This document shows positions 47,468-56,507 of a stretch of 64,000 nucleotides of DNA, piece after piece. The position numbers and the translations under genes were made by a program. The stretch lies in NCBI GenBank assembly GCA_963736045.1, contig CAVTNK010000006.1, forward strand, positions 104,124-168,123. The letters are read 5' to 3'. Each line of letters opens with the position of its first letter. The first letter of the stretch is position 1. The stretch comes from an uncultured Actinomycetes bacterium (GTDB lineage: Bacteria; Actinomycetota; Thermoleophilia; Gaiellales; Gaiellaceae). The notes below the pieces were generated by a model. That model was not told the origin of the DNA. It saw only the letters and a program-made list of their open reading frames with translations, and made no database searches.

Positions 47468-48316
47468 TCAGCGCACGAGAGCGCCCCACGTTGCCGCCGG
47501 CAGGGCGTAGGAACCGTCCTGTTTGCGGTAGGACTCGACGTTCTGCATGATGGCCGTCTTTGTTTCCTCCCGCTCAGCGTCGGGCAGTGCGCTGATTGCG
47601 CGGGCGAGTGGACCCGCGATGCGGACGAGTGTGTCCCAGAGGTTGTCGAAGCTGGGGTAGCGGAATTCGAACGCAATCTCTTCCAGCTCCGGCTCGCCGA
47701 ACCCGGCCTGCATGACCAGCTCGCCGATGCGGTCGGGGTCTCCCATTGCGAAGATCCCGGGTGCTCCCGGCTCGGGCGGAGGCATATGACCGCGCTGCAC
47801 AACCGTCTTCGCGGGCACGGCTGCCCATGGATTGCGGTCGGGGCCTGTCCAGACAGCGAAGGCCAGCGGCCCGCCGTCGCGGAGTACCCGCCTCGTCTCC
47901 CTGAGCGCCGCAGCCGGGTCCGCCATCAGCATGTAGCCCCATCGGCAGACCACGCCGTCGACGCTGTCGTCGTCGAGCTCCATCTTCTCGGCGTCTAGTA
48001 CCCGGTACTCGACCTGGGTCAGCCCTCGGCGCTCGCCGTTGCGGCGGGCGACCTCGATCATCTTCGGCGAGAAGTCGCTCGAGATCACGTGGCCGTCTTC
48101 GCCGACGCGCTCAGCGACTGCGAAGCCGAGATCGCCGGTCCCGGCGGCGATGTCGAGGAGAGTCTGGCCCGGCTGCGGATCCGCTTTCTCCACCAACCAG
48201 GTGTTGACCCGGCCAGTGATCTCCATCATCCACTCTTGCCTGTCCTCCCAGCCCGGTGCCATCTCCTCCCACGCTGCGAGACTCTGCTCCCGATAGGCAT
48301 CGAGGTCGACAGTCAT
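47468..48316 (-). CDS. Class I SAM-dependent methyltransferase
   Basis: 282 aa. LLDIAAGTGDLG motif I, VISSDFSPKM, DGVVCRWGYMLM, LRDGGPLAFAV. Confidence 0.8.
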   Translation of the reverse strand: MTVDLDAYREQSLAAWEEMAPGWEDRQEWMMEITGRVNTWLVEKADPQPGQTLLDIAAGTGDLGFAVAERVGEDGHVISSDFSPKMIEVARRNGERRGLTQVEYRVLDAEKMELDDDSVDGVVCRWGYMLMADPAAALRETRRVLRDGGPLAFAVWTGPDRNPWAAVPAKTVVQRGHMPPPEPGAPGIFAMGDPDRIGELVMQAGFGEPELEEIAFEFRYPSFDNLWDTLVRIAGPLARAISALPDAEREETKTAIMQNVESYRKQDGSYALPAATWGALVR

Positions 48317-48648
48317 GCTCTCAGCCCCCCTTGTTCGTCGCCAACGGTGGGACGCTACACCGTAGGTCGCGTGTGCCGAGCGAAGCGGCTGTTCGTTCCT
48401 CAGAGCCGACGACCGAGTCAGTCAGTTCGAAAGGGAGTGGGATTCGCCGCGGCCGACCCGACGAGTAACGGCCGTGCCGCCGCCCCGCACGGGGGCGCGA
48501 TCAACCGTTCACCCTACGACGAAGAGACAGAGTGTCGAGAGGAGCGCCAAGAGATGACGGCCCCGGCGGAAGACGTGGCCACGCACAGTCCCGATTCTAG
48601 AGCCCATCCTGACGGCCGCCCACGGCGGCGCCAGATCACATCGAGCCC

Positions 48649-48834
48649 CTAGCCGTCGGTCGGCGCGTCTGCCGGAGGCGTTGACGAGGCATCGTCGTGC
48701 GCATGGCGGTGCTTGGCCACTTGCTCCTCGGTCCACTCGACCTCGTCCTTCGGCGCCACGCCGGACTCGGCAAGCTCCACGATCTCCTGGTCTCGTGACC
48801 TGAGGGGGTTCTTGAGCCATTCCTTGAGACCCAC
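48649..48834 (-). CDS. Small acidic hypothetical protein
   Basis: 61-aa ORF with normal composition (MGLKEWLKNPLRSRDQEIVELAESGV...). No family recognised. Confidence 0.3.
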   Translation of the reverse strand: MGLKEWLKNPLRSRDQEIVELAESGVAPKDEVEWTEEQVAKHRHAHDDASSTPPADAPTDG

Positions 48835-48895
48835 GACGGCAGCCTAGCCGGCGAGGTCCTTCGCGGGAAGGGCGTCGAGTCGTATCGCCGTGCCG

Positions 48896-49735
48896 TTAGG
48901 GCCGCAAGTGTCGTGATACCGAGCCGGCGATTGCGTTCTGTCCGCGCAGGAGTGGGTGGGCGCACTCCGTGTTCGTTACGCATGCGAACGAGATCGGGAA
49001 CACCCATGAGTCATTGGTGCAGAGCTCGTGGCCCGCGAGCGCGTGCAGGGTGGAGACGTACTCGACGCCTGCTGTGGCTGCTGATTGCCGCTCGACGGCG
49101 TCCAGGCGCGATGTGAGCTGGTAGAGACCGGCGCGCTCGCGAGGAGATAGCCAGACGCACTGCGACCTTGCCGTACCGGAGAAGATGCTCGGGTAGCCGA
49201 CGACGATCACGCGTATGCCTTTCAGAGACGCTTTGACCGTCCGGTAGAGGGCAACCAGGCGCGGCGTCAATGCGCTGATCGATCTGGCCGTCCTCGTGAC
49301 GGTGCCGTCCAGGTCGCAGTTGGAGAGGTAGCAGTGGGCGAGCACGCTGCTGAAGCCAGCATCGTTGCCTCCGAACGTGAGCGTGACGACGTTCGGTTTC
49401 AGCCGGACGAGTTCGCTCCTCTGTGCGGGCTGTCCCTTGAATGGATGCAAGAACGCATCGATCGGGGCACCGGAGCAGGCAACATTCGCGAGCAGACGCA
49501 CGCCGGGCAGCCGGTCGGCGACGAGTCGAGGCCAGGCATGGCCAACGCTCCTGTGACAGGCCAGAGCATCGGCTGTGAACGGCGGGTCACCCTCGCCCGA
49601 CGAGTATGAATCACCCAAGGCGACCAGACTCATCGGCGCCGCGGCCGAGACGCCTGCCTTGGCCCATACGCCGCCCGACATGGCCCCAACCAACAAGGCC
49701 ACCACGGACAACGTCACCACCGATGAGCTACGCAT
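48896..49735 (-). CDS. Secreted SGNH/GDSL hydrolase
   Basis: Signal peptide, block I VALGDSYSSGEG, block III TLTFGGNDAG, and C-terminal region with conserved His (AHPLLRG). Confidence 0.8.
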   Translation of the reverse strand: MRSSSVVTLSVVALLVGAMSGGVWAKAGVSAAAPMSLVALGDSYSSGEGDPPFTADALACHRSVGHAWPRLVADRLPGVRLLANVACSGAPIDAFLHPFKGQPAQRSELVRLKPNVVTLTFGGNDAGFSSVLAHCYLSNCDLDGTVTRTARSISALTPRLVALYRTVKASLKGIRVIVVGYPSIFSGTARSQCVWLSPRERAGLYQLTSRLDAVERQSAATAGVEYVSTLHALAGHELCTNDSWVFPISFACVTNTECAHPLLRGQNAIAGSVSRHLRP

Positions 49736-49788
49736 AGCAGCCAGAGTACGCCGACGCGACGCAGGCGGCGTTGGACAGCCTGGTGTCG

Positions 49789-50235
49789 CTAGGCTCGGAT
49801 CTCGACGATCGTCGCTACCCAGGCGCCGCCTGGGGCGCGGACGTCGACCGTTTCGCCGACCCGGCTGCCGAGGAGCGCCGAGCCGAGCGGCGACGATGGC
49901 GAGACGGTGCCGGCACCGCCGAGGGCGGACAACTCGACGTCGATCCGTTCTCCGGCTTCGTCCGAGACGACGACGTGCGAGCCGACTGAGACGACAGCCG
50001 TGTCGGTCGCCTCGACGATCTGCGCGTGGTCGAGCTTGTCACGGAGGATCGAGATTCGTCGCTCGAGGAGGCCTTGCTCGTTCTTCGCGGCGTGGTACTC
50101 GAAGTTCTCGGACAGGTCACCGTGGCCGCGCGCCACCTTGATCGCCTGGACGATCTCCTCGCGCCTGGGGCCTTCGAGCTCGGCGAGCTCGGCCGCCAGC
50201 TTCGCGTGCTGCTCCGTAGTCAGATTGTCGCCCAC
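49789..50235 (-). CDS. greA: Transcription elongation factor GreA
   Basis: 148 aa. ARGHGDLSENFEYHAAKNEQGLLERRI coiled-coil tip, and C-terminal FKBP-like domain SPSSPLGSALLG. Confidence 0.9.
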   Translation of the reverse strand: MGDNLTTEQHAKLAAELAELEGPRREEIVQAIKVARGHGDLSENFEYHAAKNEQGLLERRISILRDKLDHAQIVEATDTAVVSVGSHVVVSDEAGERIDVELSALGGAGTVSPSSPLGSALLGSRVGETVDVRAPGGAWVATIVEIRA

Positions 50236-50242
50236 ATCGCCC

Positions 50243-50854
50243 CTAGCTCAAGGTGGCGATGAAGTCGGTCGACTTCACGATCGTCGCGTAGAACGGAAGC
50301 GTCTTCTCGATCGCGAAGTTGTGCAGCTCGTCCGAGAAGCCCTGGCAGCAATCCTCGAGGACGGTGATGTCGTAGCCAAGCTCGGCGCCGTACCTCGTCG
50401 TGCTCTCGACGACCCAGTTCGTGGCGATGCCTGCCAGGAAGAGCTGCTTCGTCCCTCGTGCGCGGAGGATGATGTCCAGGTCGGTGTGGGAGAACGCGCT
50501 GGAGTCGAAGTTGATCACGATGATGTCGCTCGGTTCGGGCTTCAGCTCGTCAGGGTTTCCGGCATCCCATGAGCCTCTGAGGAAGGCATTCCGTTCCTGG
50601 ATCGACTCGATGAGGGGATAGGTCGGCTTCTTCAATTCCGGAAAGCCAGGCCGAAACTCGATATTGACGTAGATCACGGGTATGCCGGCCGCGCGACTCG
50701 CCGCGAGCACGGCGGCCGTCTTCTCCAGGCAGCCATGCTTCTCCACTTGCACAGGCGTCCCGGAAAAAGCGAAGACGCCCTCGTGCCGCACGAGGCCGTT
50801 CTGGTAGTGCAGTACCAGCAGGGCGGATGTTGCAGGATCAGTTGCCGAGCTCAT
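50243..50854 (-). CDS. Isochorismatase-family cysteine hydrolase
   Basis: Start MSSATD after a GAGGAGG RBS. ALLVLHYQN, SAFSHTDLDIILRARGTKQLFLAGIATNWVVESTTRYG (Cys replaced by Trp/Val context, so the active-site status is uncertain). Confidence 0.7.
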   Translation of the reverse strand: MSSATDPATSALLVLHYQNGLVRHEGVFAFSGTPVQVEKHGCLEKTAAVLAASRAAGIPVIYVNIEFRPGFPELKKPTYPLIESIQERNAFLRGSWDAGNPDELKPEPSDIIVINFDSSAFSHTDLDIILRARGTKQLFLAGIATNWVVESTTRYGAELGYDITVLEDCCQGFSDELHNFAIEKTLPFYATIVKSTDFIATLS

Positions 50855-50903
50855 CACGGAGCCTCCTCGATCTTCGACCGAGCCATGATACGAGGGGACG
50901 TGC

Positions 50904-51554
50904 CTACCGGGGTGGACCCGGATCGGCGTCGAGGCAGTCCGCGTTGACGTAGCCGGAGCGGAACGGTTTCGCCTCGCCGGTCTCCTCGTCGAAGGTGTGG
51001 CGCAGGACGCAGCCCGTGTCATTGGCGAGCAGGTGGATCGAGACCGAGGTGGTCGTCGATGTCGTCCTGACCCGATGGACGTCGTCGCGCGGGGGGAGCA
51101 GCGTGTAGTAGTCGCCGGGCTCGAGCGGTCGGCGTCGCACGAGCTCGAGTGCGCCGTCGCCGGGACGATAGAACTCCTCGTCCTGGTTTCCGCGATAGAG
51201 GCCGACGAGGCCCCAGGCGAGGTGGTCGTGCACGGGTGTCATCGATCCGGGCGGCACGACGAGGCTGAACAGGCTGAGCGAGCGGTCGGCGGCGCGGAAG
51301 AGCAGCCACTGGCCGATGCCGCCGCCCATGCCGCTCTCCGGCGCGTCCGCCTGGTACCGCTCGGGAAGCCACTCGCGGTCGAGGACGAGCGTCCGAAAGT
51401 GCGGCTCGATCTCGCTGCAGGCCGCTTCCGGAGACGACGTGCGCGCGACGATGCCCTGCACATCCGAGACGAACTTCCTGACGGTCGGCGTGTCGAGCAC
51501 CCACTCGTCATGCTCGAGCGGTTGCAGATCGTGGTGGTCATGGAAGTCGCACAT
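50904..51554 (-). CDS. Cysteine-dioxygenase-type (CDO-like) cupin
   Basis: 216 aa. SLFSLVVPPGSMTPVHDHLAWGLVGLYRGNQDEEFY...VHRV...SVSIHLL, the CDO type I pattern. Confidence 0.65.
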   Translation of the reverse strand: MCDFHDHHDLQPLEHDEWVLDTPTVRKFVSDVQGIVARTSSPEAACSEIEPHFRTLVLDREWLPERYQADAPESGMGGGIGQWLLFRAADRSLSLFSLVVPPGSMTPVHDHLAWGLVGLYRGNQDEEFYRPGDGALELVRRRPLEPGDYYTLLPPRDDVHRVRTTSTTTSVSIHLLANDTGCVLRHTFDEETGEAKPFRSGYVNADCLDADPGPPR

Positions 51555-51587
51555 GGCTCCTCATCTCCTCAGATTCCTGTTGATTCT

Positions 51588-51610
51588 GCGCCGTTCCGAC
51601 CGGTCGGCGC
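51588..51610 (-). terminator. Hairpin after the glycan cluster
   Basis: GCGCCG...CGGCGC with an inner CCG/CGG pairing, 4 nt beyond the stop of the 51614-52402 gene. Confidence 0.4.
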
Positions 51611-51613
51611 GGG

Positions 51614-52402
51614 TCAGCCGTTCGGGTCGACGATGTGTGTGATGTCCGGATACGGATAGAACGTCAGGTGGAGCATGAGGACGACGAGCCCCCACAGGAC
51701 CACGAAGGCGACGAGCCACCCGAGCGTGGGTCCGAGCGATCGCGGCCAGGTCCGAGACTGGAGCCATTCCTCGAGGTTGACCACGGTGCGGAAGAGCGTC
51801 GGGAACGGAACGTCGCTGGCTCGCGCGAAGGCGAGGATGCTCGGGACGGCGAACCAGAGCAGGCCGAGCAGCCCGTAGAGGACGAACGAGGTGTGGAAGT
51901 CCCGGGCGTCGTCCCACCACTGCGAGGTTGCCCAGGCGGAGATCGCCACGAGGATTGATGAGAGCAGAGCTGCGAGGGCAAACAGAAGCGGCGTGGCCTC
52001 GTCGTCGAAGTCGTCCCCGGGGGTGGTGCTGGCCGAGGTCCGCAGCGTGAGCCGGCCGCCTGGAGTACGGAGCGGCTGCGTGTCGCCCGGGCGTCTCGCG
52101 CCACCGGATCTCGACCGGGGCGAGACCTTGACGACGGAGAAGATCGTGAACACGATCAGCCCGACTACGAGCAGCTCGACCCAGTTGTGGTAGCGCTCGA
52201 GGTGGCCCACCATCTCCGAGATCGTCGTGAACGGAAGCGCCTGCCGGTCGACGGCCGCGGTGATCTCGGGAACCGCGATCACGAGAGATGCGACGCCCCA
52301 GACGATGTAGCCCCAGCGCCTCTTCGAGCCCAATCGTCTTTCGGCCAGCATGTGCGGGACGTTACGACAGGCTGTGACCTGAATCAACGAAGCTGCGATC
52401 AC
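51614..52402 (-). CDS. Polytopic membrane protein of unknown function, last gene of the glf cluster
   Basis: 262-aa ORF (likely start M18 at 52351). Four or five TM helices flanking a charged, low-complexity loop. Confidence 0.5.
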   Translation of the reverse strand: MIAASLIQVTACRNVPHMLAERRLGSKRRWGYIVWGVASLVIAVPEITAAVDRQALPFTTISEMVGHLERYHNWVELLVVGLIVFTIFSVVKVSPRSRSGGARRPGDTQPLRTPGGRLTLRTSASTTPGDDFDDEATPLLFALAALLSSILVAISAWATSQWWDDARDFHTSFVLYGLLGLLWFAVPSILAFARASDVPFPTLFRTVVNLEEWLQSRTWPRSLGPTLGWLVAFVVLWGLVVLMLHLTFYPYPDITHIVDPNG

Positions 52403-53567
52403 CCGTCAGAATTGTCTCGAGGCGGGAGGCGATCTCCTCCCAGCCGTATCGTTCGACGGCGATCGCCCGAGCATTTCGCCCCAACCTCACGGCGAGCTCG
52501 GCATCGCGCGTGATCAGGTCGAGCGAGGCCAGGAGCGAGTCCTCGGTCTTCGAGGCGACAATTACGTGCTCACCATCCTCGATCGCGAGGCCCCTCAGCG
52601 ATTCGGCAAAGGCGACGGTCGGGAGCCCCGCCGCCAGCGACTCGAGCAGCTTGATCTTCGTTCCACCTCCGTGCTCGATCGGGCAGATGCTGATGTCGGC
52701 CGCGCCAAGGCAGATCCCGAAGTCCTCGACGAACCCCGACACGACGAGGTTGCTCGCGTAGTCGCGGACAAGGGAGCCGACCGCTCCCGTGACCAGGAAC
52801 GTCAGCTCGCGGGCTTGGTGGGCAAGGCGCTCGACCCAGCGCACTCCCGCGACGTTGGGCGGGGAGCTCGAAGCCGCGAAGAGCACCGTCGGCTGGTCGG
52901 GTAGGCCGAGAGCCTGCTTCGCAGCGGCTCTCTGCGAAGCCAGGATCGGGCCGTAGGCGGTCGTATCGGCCCCGTTCGGGATCACGAAGATGGAGTCGGG
53001 GTCGGCTCCGTACCGGCGGACGAACTCGGCGCGGTCGTCCTCGCTCACTGCAATGACGAGATCGGCGGCGCCGACAGCCCGTCGCTCGTAGCGCTCGATC
53101 AACCGGCACCACAGAGGCGATGTGAGCGGCCGTCCGACCGCCTCGGACCAGGACGGGAACTTCTGCGCCTCGACGTTGTGAGATGCGTACACGAGCCGGG
53201 CATTCGGCGCCATGCGCCGGCATGCCTCGACCTGCCACGGGAACTCGATCAGGGTGACGTCGGCCCACGCGAGCAGCTCGCGCAGGCGTTGCGGACGCGT
53301 CAGCCGGAGCCCCGCGCCGGCCAGGATCGGTGCGTTGGTCCAGGCGCGATTGCAGAGTTCGAGGGTGAAGTCGGAAACAGGTGACGAGAACCGGAGCTCG
53401 GCGTACGGCGGAGGCGCGATCTCCACGCGGGAGCCATCTCTGACTGTTTGCACGAACTGCCTGACCTCGTGCTCCCGGCTGAGGCCCCGGAGCAGGCCGT
53501 CGATCCGGACCGCCGATCCTCGCTCTCGGAGGCTCGACGGGCGAGGGGAGACGTCGAGGATCCTCAC
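52362..53567 (-). CDS. GT4-family (GT-B) glycosyltransferase
   Basis: GTG start in a GTGA overlap with the upstream stop. VRILDVSPR..., C-terminal EX7E-type motif CPIEHGGGTKIKLLESLAAGLPTVA. Confidence 0.8.
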   Translation of the reverse strand: MRILDVSPRPSSLRERGSAVRIDGLLRGLSREHEVRQFVQTVRDGSRVEIAPPPYAELRFSSPVSDFTLELCNRAWTNAPILAGAGLRLTRPQRLRELLAWADVTLIEFPWQVEACRRMAPNARLVYASHNVEAQKFPSWSEAVGRPLTSPLWCRLIERYERRAVGAADLVIAVSEDDRAEFVRRYGADPDSIFVIPNGADTTAYGPILASQRAAAKQALGLPDQPTVLFAASSSPPNVAGVRWVERLAHQARELTFLVTGAVGSLVRDYASNLVVSGFVEDFGICLGAADISICPIEHGGGTKIKLLESLAAGLPTVAFAESLRGLAIEDGEHVIVASKTEDSLLASLDLITRDAELAVRLGRNARAIAVERYGWEEIASRLETILTGDRSFVDSGHSLS

Positions 53568-54778
53568 GTCGACCAGGCGCCTTGCACCGGCCACACGGCC
53601 GGAGTGAAGAGCGACGAGAGGTCGCTGTGATCGAAGAACCGCTCGCAGACGGCGGCCATGCTGAACGGGTTCTCGGGGCCGAAGCCGAAGCGCTGTTGCA
53701 TCGAGCGCCGATACCGGCGAAGGCTCACGCGGTCGTCGTCGTCGACGAGATCCCAGCGGTAGGGAACCTCCTCGTGGTAGGGATCGAAGGGCGTCGGGAA
53801 CTCGGCGAGATAGGGATCGGCGATCCGCAGCCACTCGTCGCTCGGCGCGAATCCGTAGAAGTCGAGCGGGTAGGTCGGTCTCGCCGGATCGAGTCCGATC
53901 ATGGGCCGGGCAAGTGCGGCGCCCAGCATGCTGAGAAACGGCTTCTGCAGATGCCAGAAGGCGACAGGCCGGTCATTGAGGTGGTCGACGCCCCCGTCAT
54001 CTCGCCTGTAGACCATCGGCGTCTCGGCGAAGCAGCTTCCTGCCGGGCGCGTGTAGGCAAAGAGCCTCGGCAGGTAGTGGGGCTGGACGACGAGCCAGCA
54101 GCCTGCCAGCGCGGGCTCGACGTCCTGGGGCAGCTCGCCCGACTCGATCAGGGCCTTTGCAAAGTACTCCTCGGCCGAATAGCGGTAGATCTGCGGGAGA
54201 GCCGCGAAGCCCGTCTCGTCGGCCTTCCGTCGCCAGAAGCCTTCGAGATCATGCTCGAGCAACGTCAGGTTGCGCCGCCACGAGGCAAACCAGGAACGGT
54301 CGCTTACAACCGCGAAGGCTGTCGAGGTACCGGTTCCCGTCCGTCCTGCGATCGCCGCCGCGATCTCGCCGAGCGGCATCGAGTGCATCACGTCGCCGTC
54401 GTAGCAGGCGACCGCCTCGCCAGGAAAGAGCGTGTCGACGACCAGCCAGCGAAGGAATGCGAAGCTGAAGATCCCATACGGACCTCCGAACCTGGATACG
54501 ACTGTCGGGAACTCGTCCGCGAGGCGCAGGTAGAGCTCGGGCGCCAGGTGGACCTCCGCGCCCGAGTCCCGCAGGAAGTCGAGGTACTCCTCCGGCAAGG
54601 CCGAGACGTCGCCGACGAAGACGATGTCGAGCGAGGTCTCTCGCGCAAAGCCGAGTCGGCGGAGCCGCGCAACGTTCTGGCCGATGCAGGTGTGCCGTGT
54701 CACAGCGGCGTAGCCGGGGGCATGCCGACCGGTACCGTCGCCTGCCGGCGGCACGAAGTTGACGGTTACATGGCGCAT
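53564..54778 (-). CDS. Uncharacterised 404-aa protein, possible DXD-type glycosyltransferase
   Basis: Intact ORF coupled at both ends (TGATG and GTGA). FLRWLVVDTLFPGEAVACYDGDVMH resembles a GT-A DXD region. No family recognised with confidence. Confidence 0.45.
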   Translation of the reverse strand: MRHVTVNFVPPAGDGTGRHAPGYAAVTRHTCIGQNVARLRRLGFARETSLDIVFVGDVSALPEEYLDFLRDSGAEVHLAPELYLRLADEFPTVVSRFGGPYGIFSFAFLRWLVVDTLFPGEAVACYDGDVMHSMPLGEIAAAIAGRTGTGTSTAFAVVSDRSWFASWRRNLTLLEHDLEGFWRRKADETGFAALPQIYRYSAEEYFAKALIESGELPQDVEPALAGCWLVVQPHYLPRLFAYTRPAGSCFAETPMVYRRDDGGVDHLNDRPVAFWHLQKPFLSMLGAALARPMIGLDPARPTYPLDFYGFAPSDEWLRIADPYLAEFPTPFDPYHEEVPYRWDLVDDDDRVSLRRYRRSMQQRFGFGPENPFSMAAVCERFFDHSDLSSLFTPAVWPVQGAWST

Positions 54779-55932
54779 CAGATCGGCGACGCGAAGAACG
54801 AGGGGATCTCGGCCCCGGTGGAGAGGCGCGACAGAGTGTCATCGGCCGCGGCGAGCGCTTCGCCGATCGCCTGATCCATGTCCAGGTACCGGTACGTGCC
54901 GAGGCGACCGAGGAAGCTGACCCCGTGCTCCGCGCGAGCCAGTTCGACGTACGCCGCGAGCATGGCCTGCTCCTGGACGAGCCGCACGGGGTAGAACGGA
55001 GGATCGTTGGCTGTCGCCTCGCGGCTGAACTCCCGGAAGCAGATCGTGCTGTCGTGGTGCTCCCAGGGCGCGAAGTGCCGGTGCTCGGTGATTCGCGTCC
55101 AGGGTACGTCGCGGTCGCAGTAGTTCATCACCGGGCAGCCCTGGAAGTCTCCGTCTGCTCTGAACTCCTCGAACTGGAGCGTGCGATAGGCAAGCCGGCC
55201 CGACTCGTGGCCGAACCAGGAGTCGATCGGCCCGGTGAAGAAGACGTGGTCGGCGGCCCCTCTGCTCTCGTCGCGACGCAGTGACTCACCGAGGCGCACG
55301 TCGATACCCGGATGCTCGAGCATCCGCTCGACCATATCGGTGTATCCGCCCGCCGGAATCGCCTGGTAGCGATGGTCGAAATAGGACTGGTCGCTCGTGA
55401 ACCGCACGGGCAGCCGCTTGAGCACGCTCGCCGGCAGCTCGGCCGCCGGCCTGCCCCACTGCTTCTCGGAGTAGCCGCGGAAGAACGCCTCGTAGAGATC
55501 GCTACCGATCGTCGCGAGCGCCTGCTCTTCGAGGGTCTCGGGCGGTGACCCGTTCTCCGGAGCCCGCGCGAGGCCACCGAGGTGGGCTTCGGCCTCGTCG
55601 GGCGTCATCGTGGTTCCGAAGAACTGGTTGATCGTCCCGAGGTTGATCGGCAGCGAGAACACCTCTCCTCTGCTCACGGCTCGGACGTGGTAGCGGAAGG
55701 ACCTCATGTCGGCGAAGCGGTTGACGAGCTCCCAGACCTGCTCGTCGTCGGTATGGAAGACGTGTGGCCCGAAGCGGTGCACGAGCACGCCCGTCTCCTC
55801 GTCGCGCTCGGTGTGGCAGTGGCCTGCGACGTGGAGGCGTGGCTCGACGACCGTACAGGTGTGCCCGCACTCCGCCAGCCGCCTGGCCAGGACCGCGCCC
55901 GAGAATCCGGCTCCACCGATCAGAAAGTTCAT
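54778..55932 (-). CDS. glf: UDP-galactopyranose mutase
   Basis: MNFLIGGAGFSGAVLA FAD fold, GPHVFHT, INLGTINQFF, YSEKQWG, YQAIPAGGYT, NYCD, GRLGTYRYLDMD. Confidence 0.9.
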   Translation of the reverse strand: MNFLIGGAGFSGAVLARRLAECGHTCTVVEPRLHVAGHCHTERDEETGVLVHRFGPHVFHTDDEQVWELVNRFADMRSFRYHVRAVSRGEVFSLPINLGTINQFFGTTMTPDEAEAHLGGLARAPENGSPPETLEEQALATIGSDLYEAFFRGYSEKQWGRPAAELPASVLKRLPVRFTSDQSYFDHRYQAIPAGGYTDMVERMLEHPGIDVRLGESLRRDESRGAADHVFFTGPIDSWFGHESGRLAYRTLQFEEFRADGDFQGCPVMNYCDRDVPWTRITEHRHFAPWEHHDSTICFREFSREATANDPPFYPVRLVQEQAMLAAYVELARAEHGVSFLGRLGTYRYLDMDQAIGEALAAADDTLSRLSTGAEIPSFFASPI

Positions 55933-56039
55933 CAGTACCGAGGCTACCGGCCCGAGATCGGGACGCTCGCCACCTCGGGTTTGACTCGCGGTCTCGCCGG
56001 CACGAGGATCGAAGCCGTCACTTCGATGGGAGGCCGAGC

Positions 56040-56486
56040 ATGGCACCGATTATCGAAAGCGTCGAGATAGCGCGGAGTCAGGCCGACGTCTTCGCGTACA
56101 TCGCGGATCTCGAGCGGCACGGCGAATGGCAGCAGGCGATCGTGAGCGCCAAGGTCGAGACGGAGGGCCCCGTCCGTGTAGGTACGCGGGTCGCCGAGGT
56201 GCGTAGCGTTCCTGGTGGCAGGCAGATGGCGACCACCTACGAGATGACCGAGTTCGAGCCCCCCGGCAAGGCGTCGTTCGAGGGCGTGGACGGGCCTGTT
56301 CGGGCGTACGGGACGGTCACGGTGGAGACGGTCGGCGACGGCTCGAGCTCTCGCGTCACGCTCAGGCTGGAGCTGAAGGGGCACGGGCTCGGCAGGCTGC
56401 TCGCGCCGCTTGCAATGCGCGAGGCTCGGCGTCGCGTCCCCGAGGATCAAGCACGGCTCAAGGCTCGGCTCGAGCAAGGCGCATAG
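56040..56486 (+). CDS. SRPBCC/polyketide-cyclase-fold protein
   Basis: 148 aa. ESVEIARSQADVFAYIADLERHGEWQ..., a typical START/Bet v1-like N-terminus. Confidence 0.65.
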   Translation: MAPIIESVEIARSQADVFAYIADLERHGEWQQAIVSAKVETEGPVRVGTRVAEVRSVPGGRQMATTYEMTEFEPPGKASFEGVDGPVRAYGTVTVETVGDGSSSRVTLRLELKGHGLGRLLAPLAMREARRRVPEDQARLKARLEQGA

Positions 56487-56507
56487 AAGCCAAGTCCCGA
56501 CGACCAA

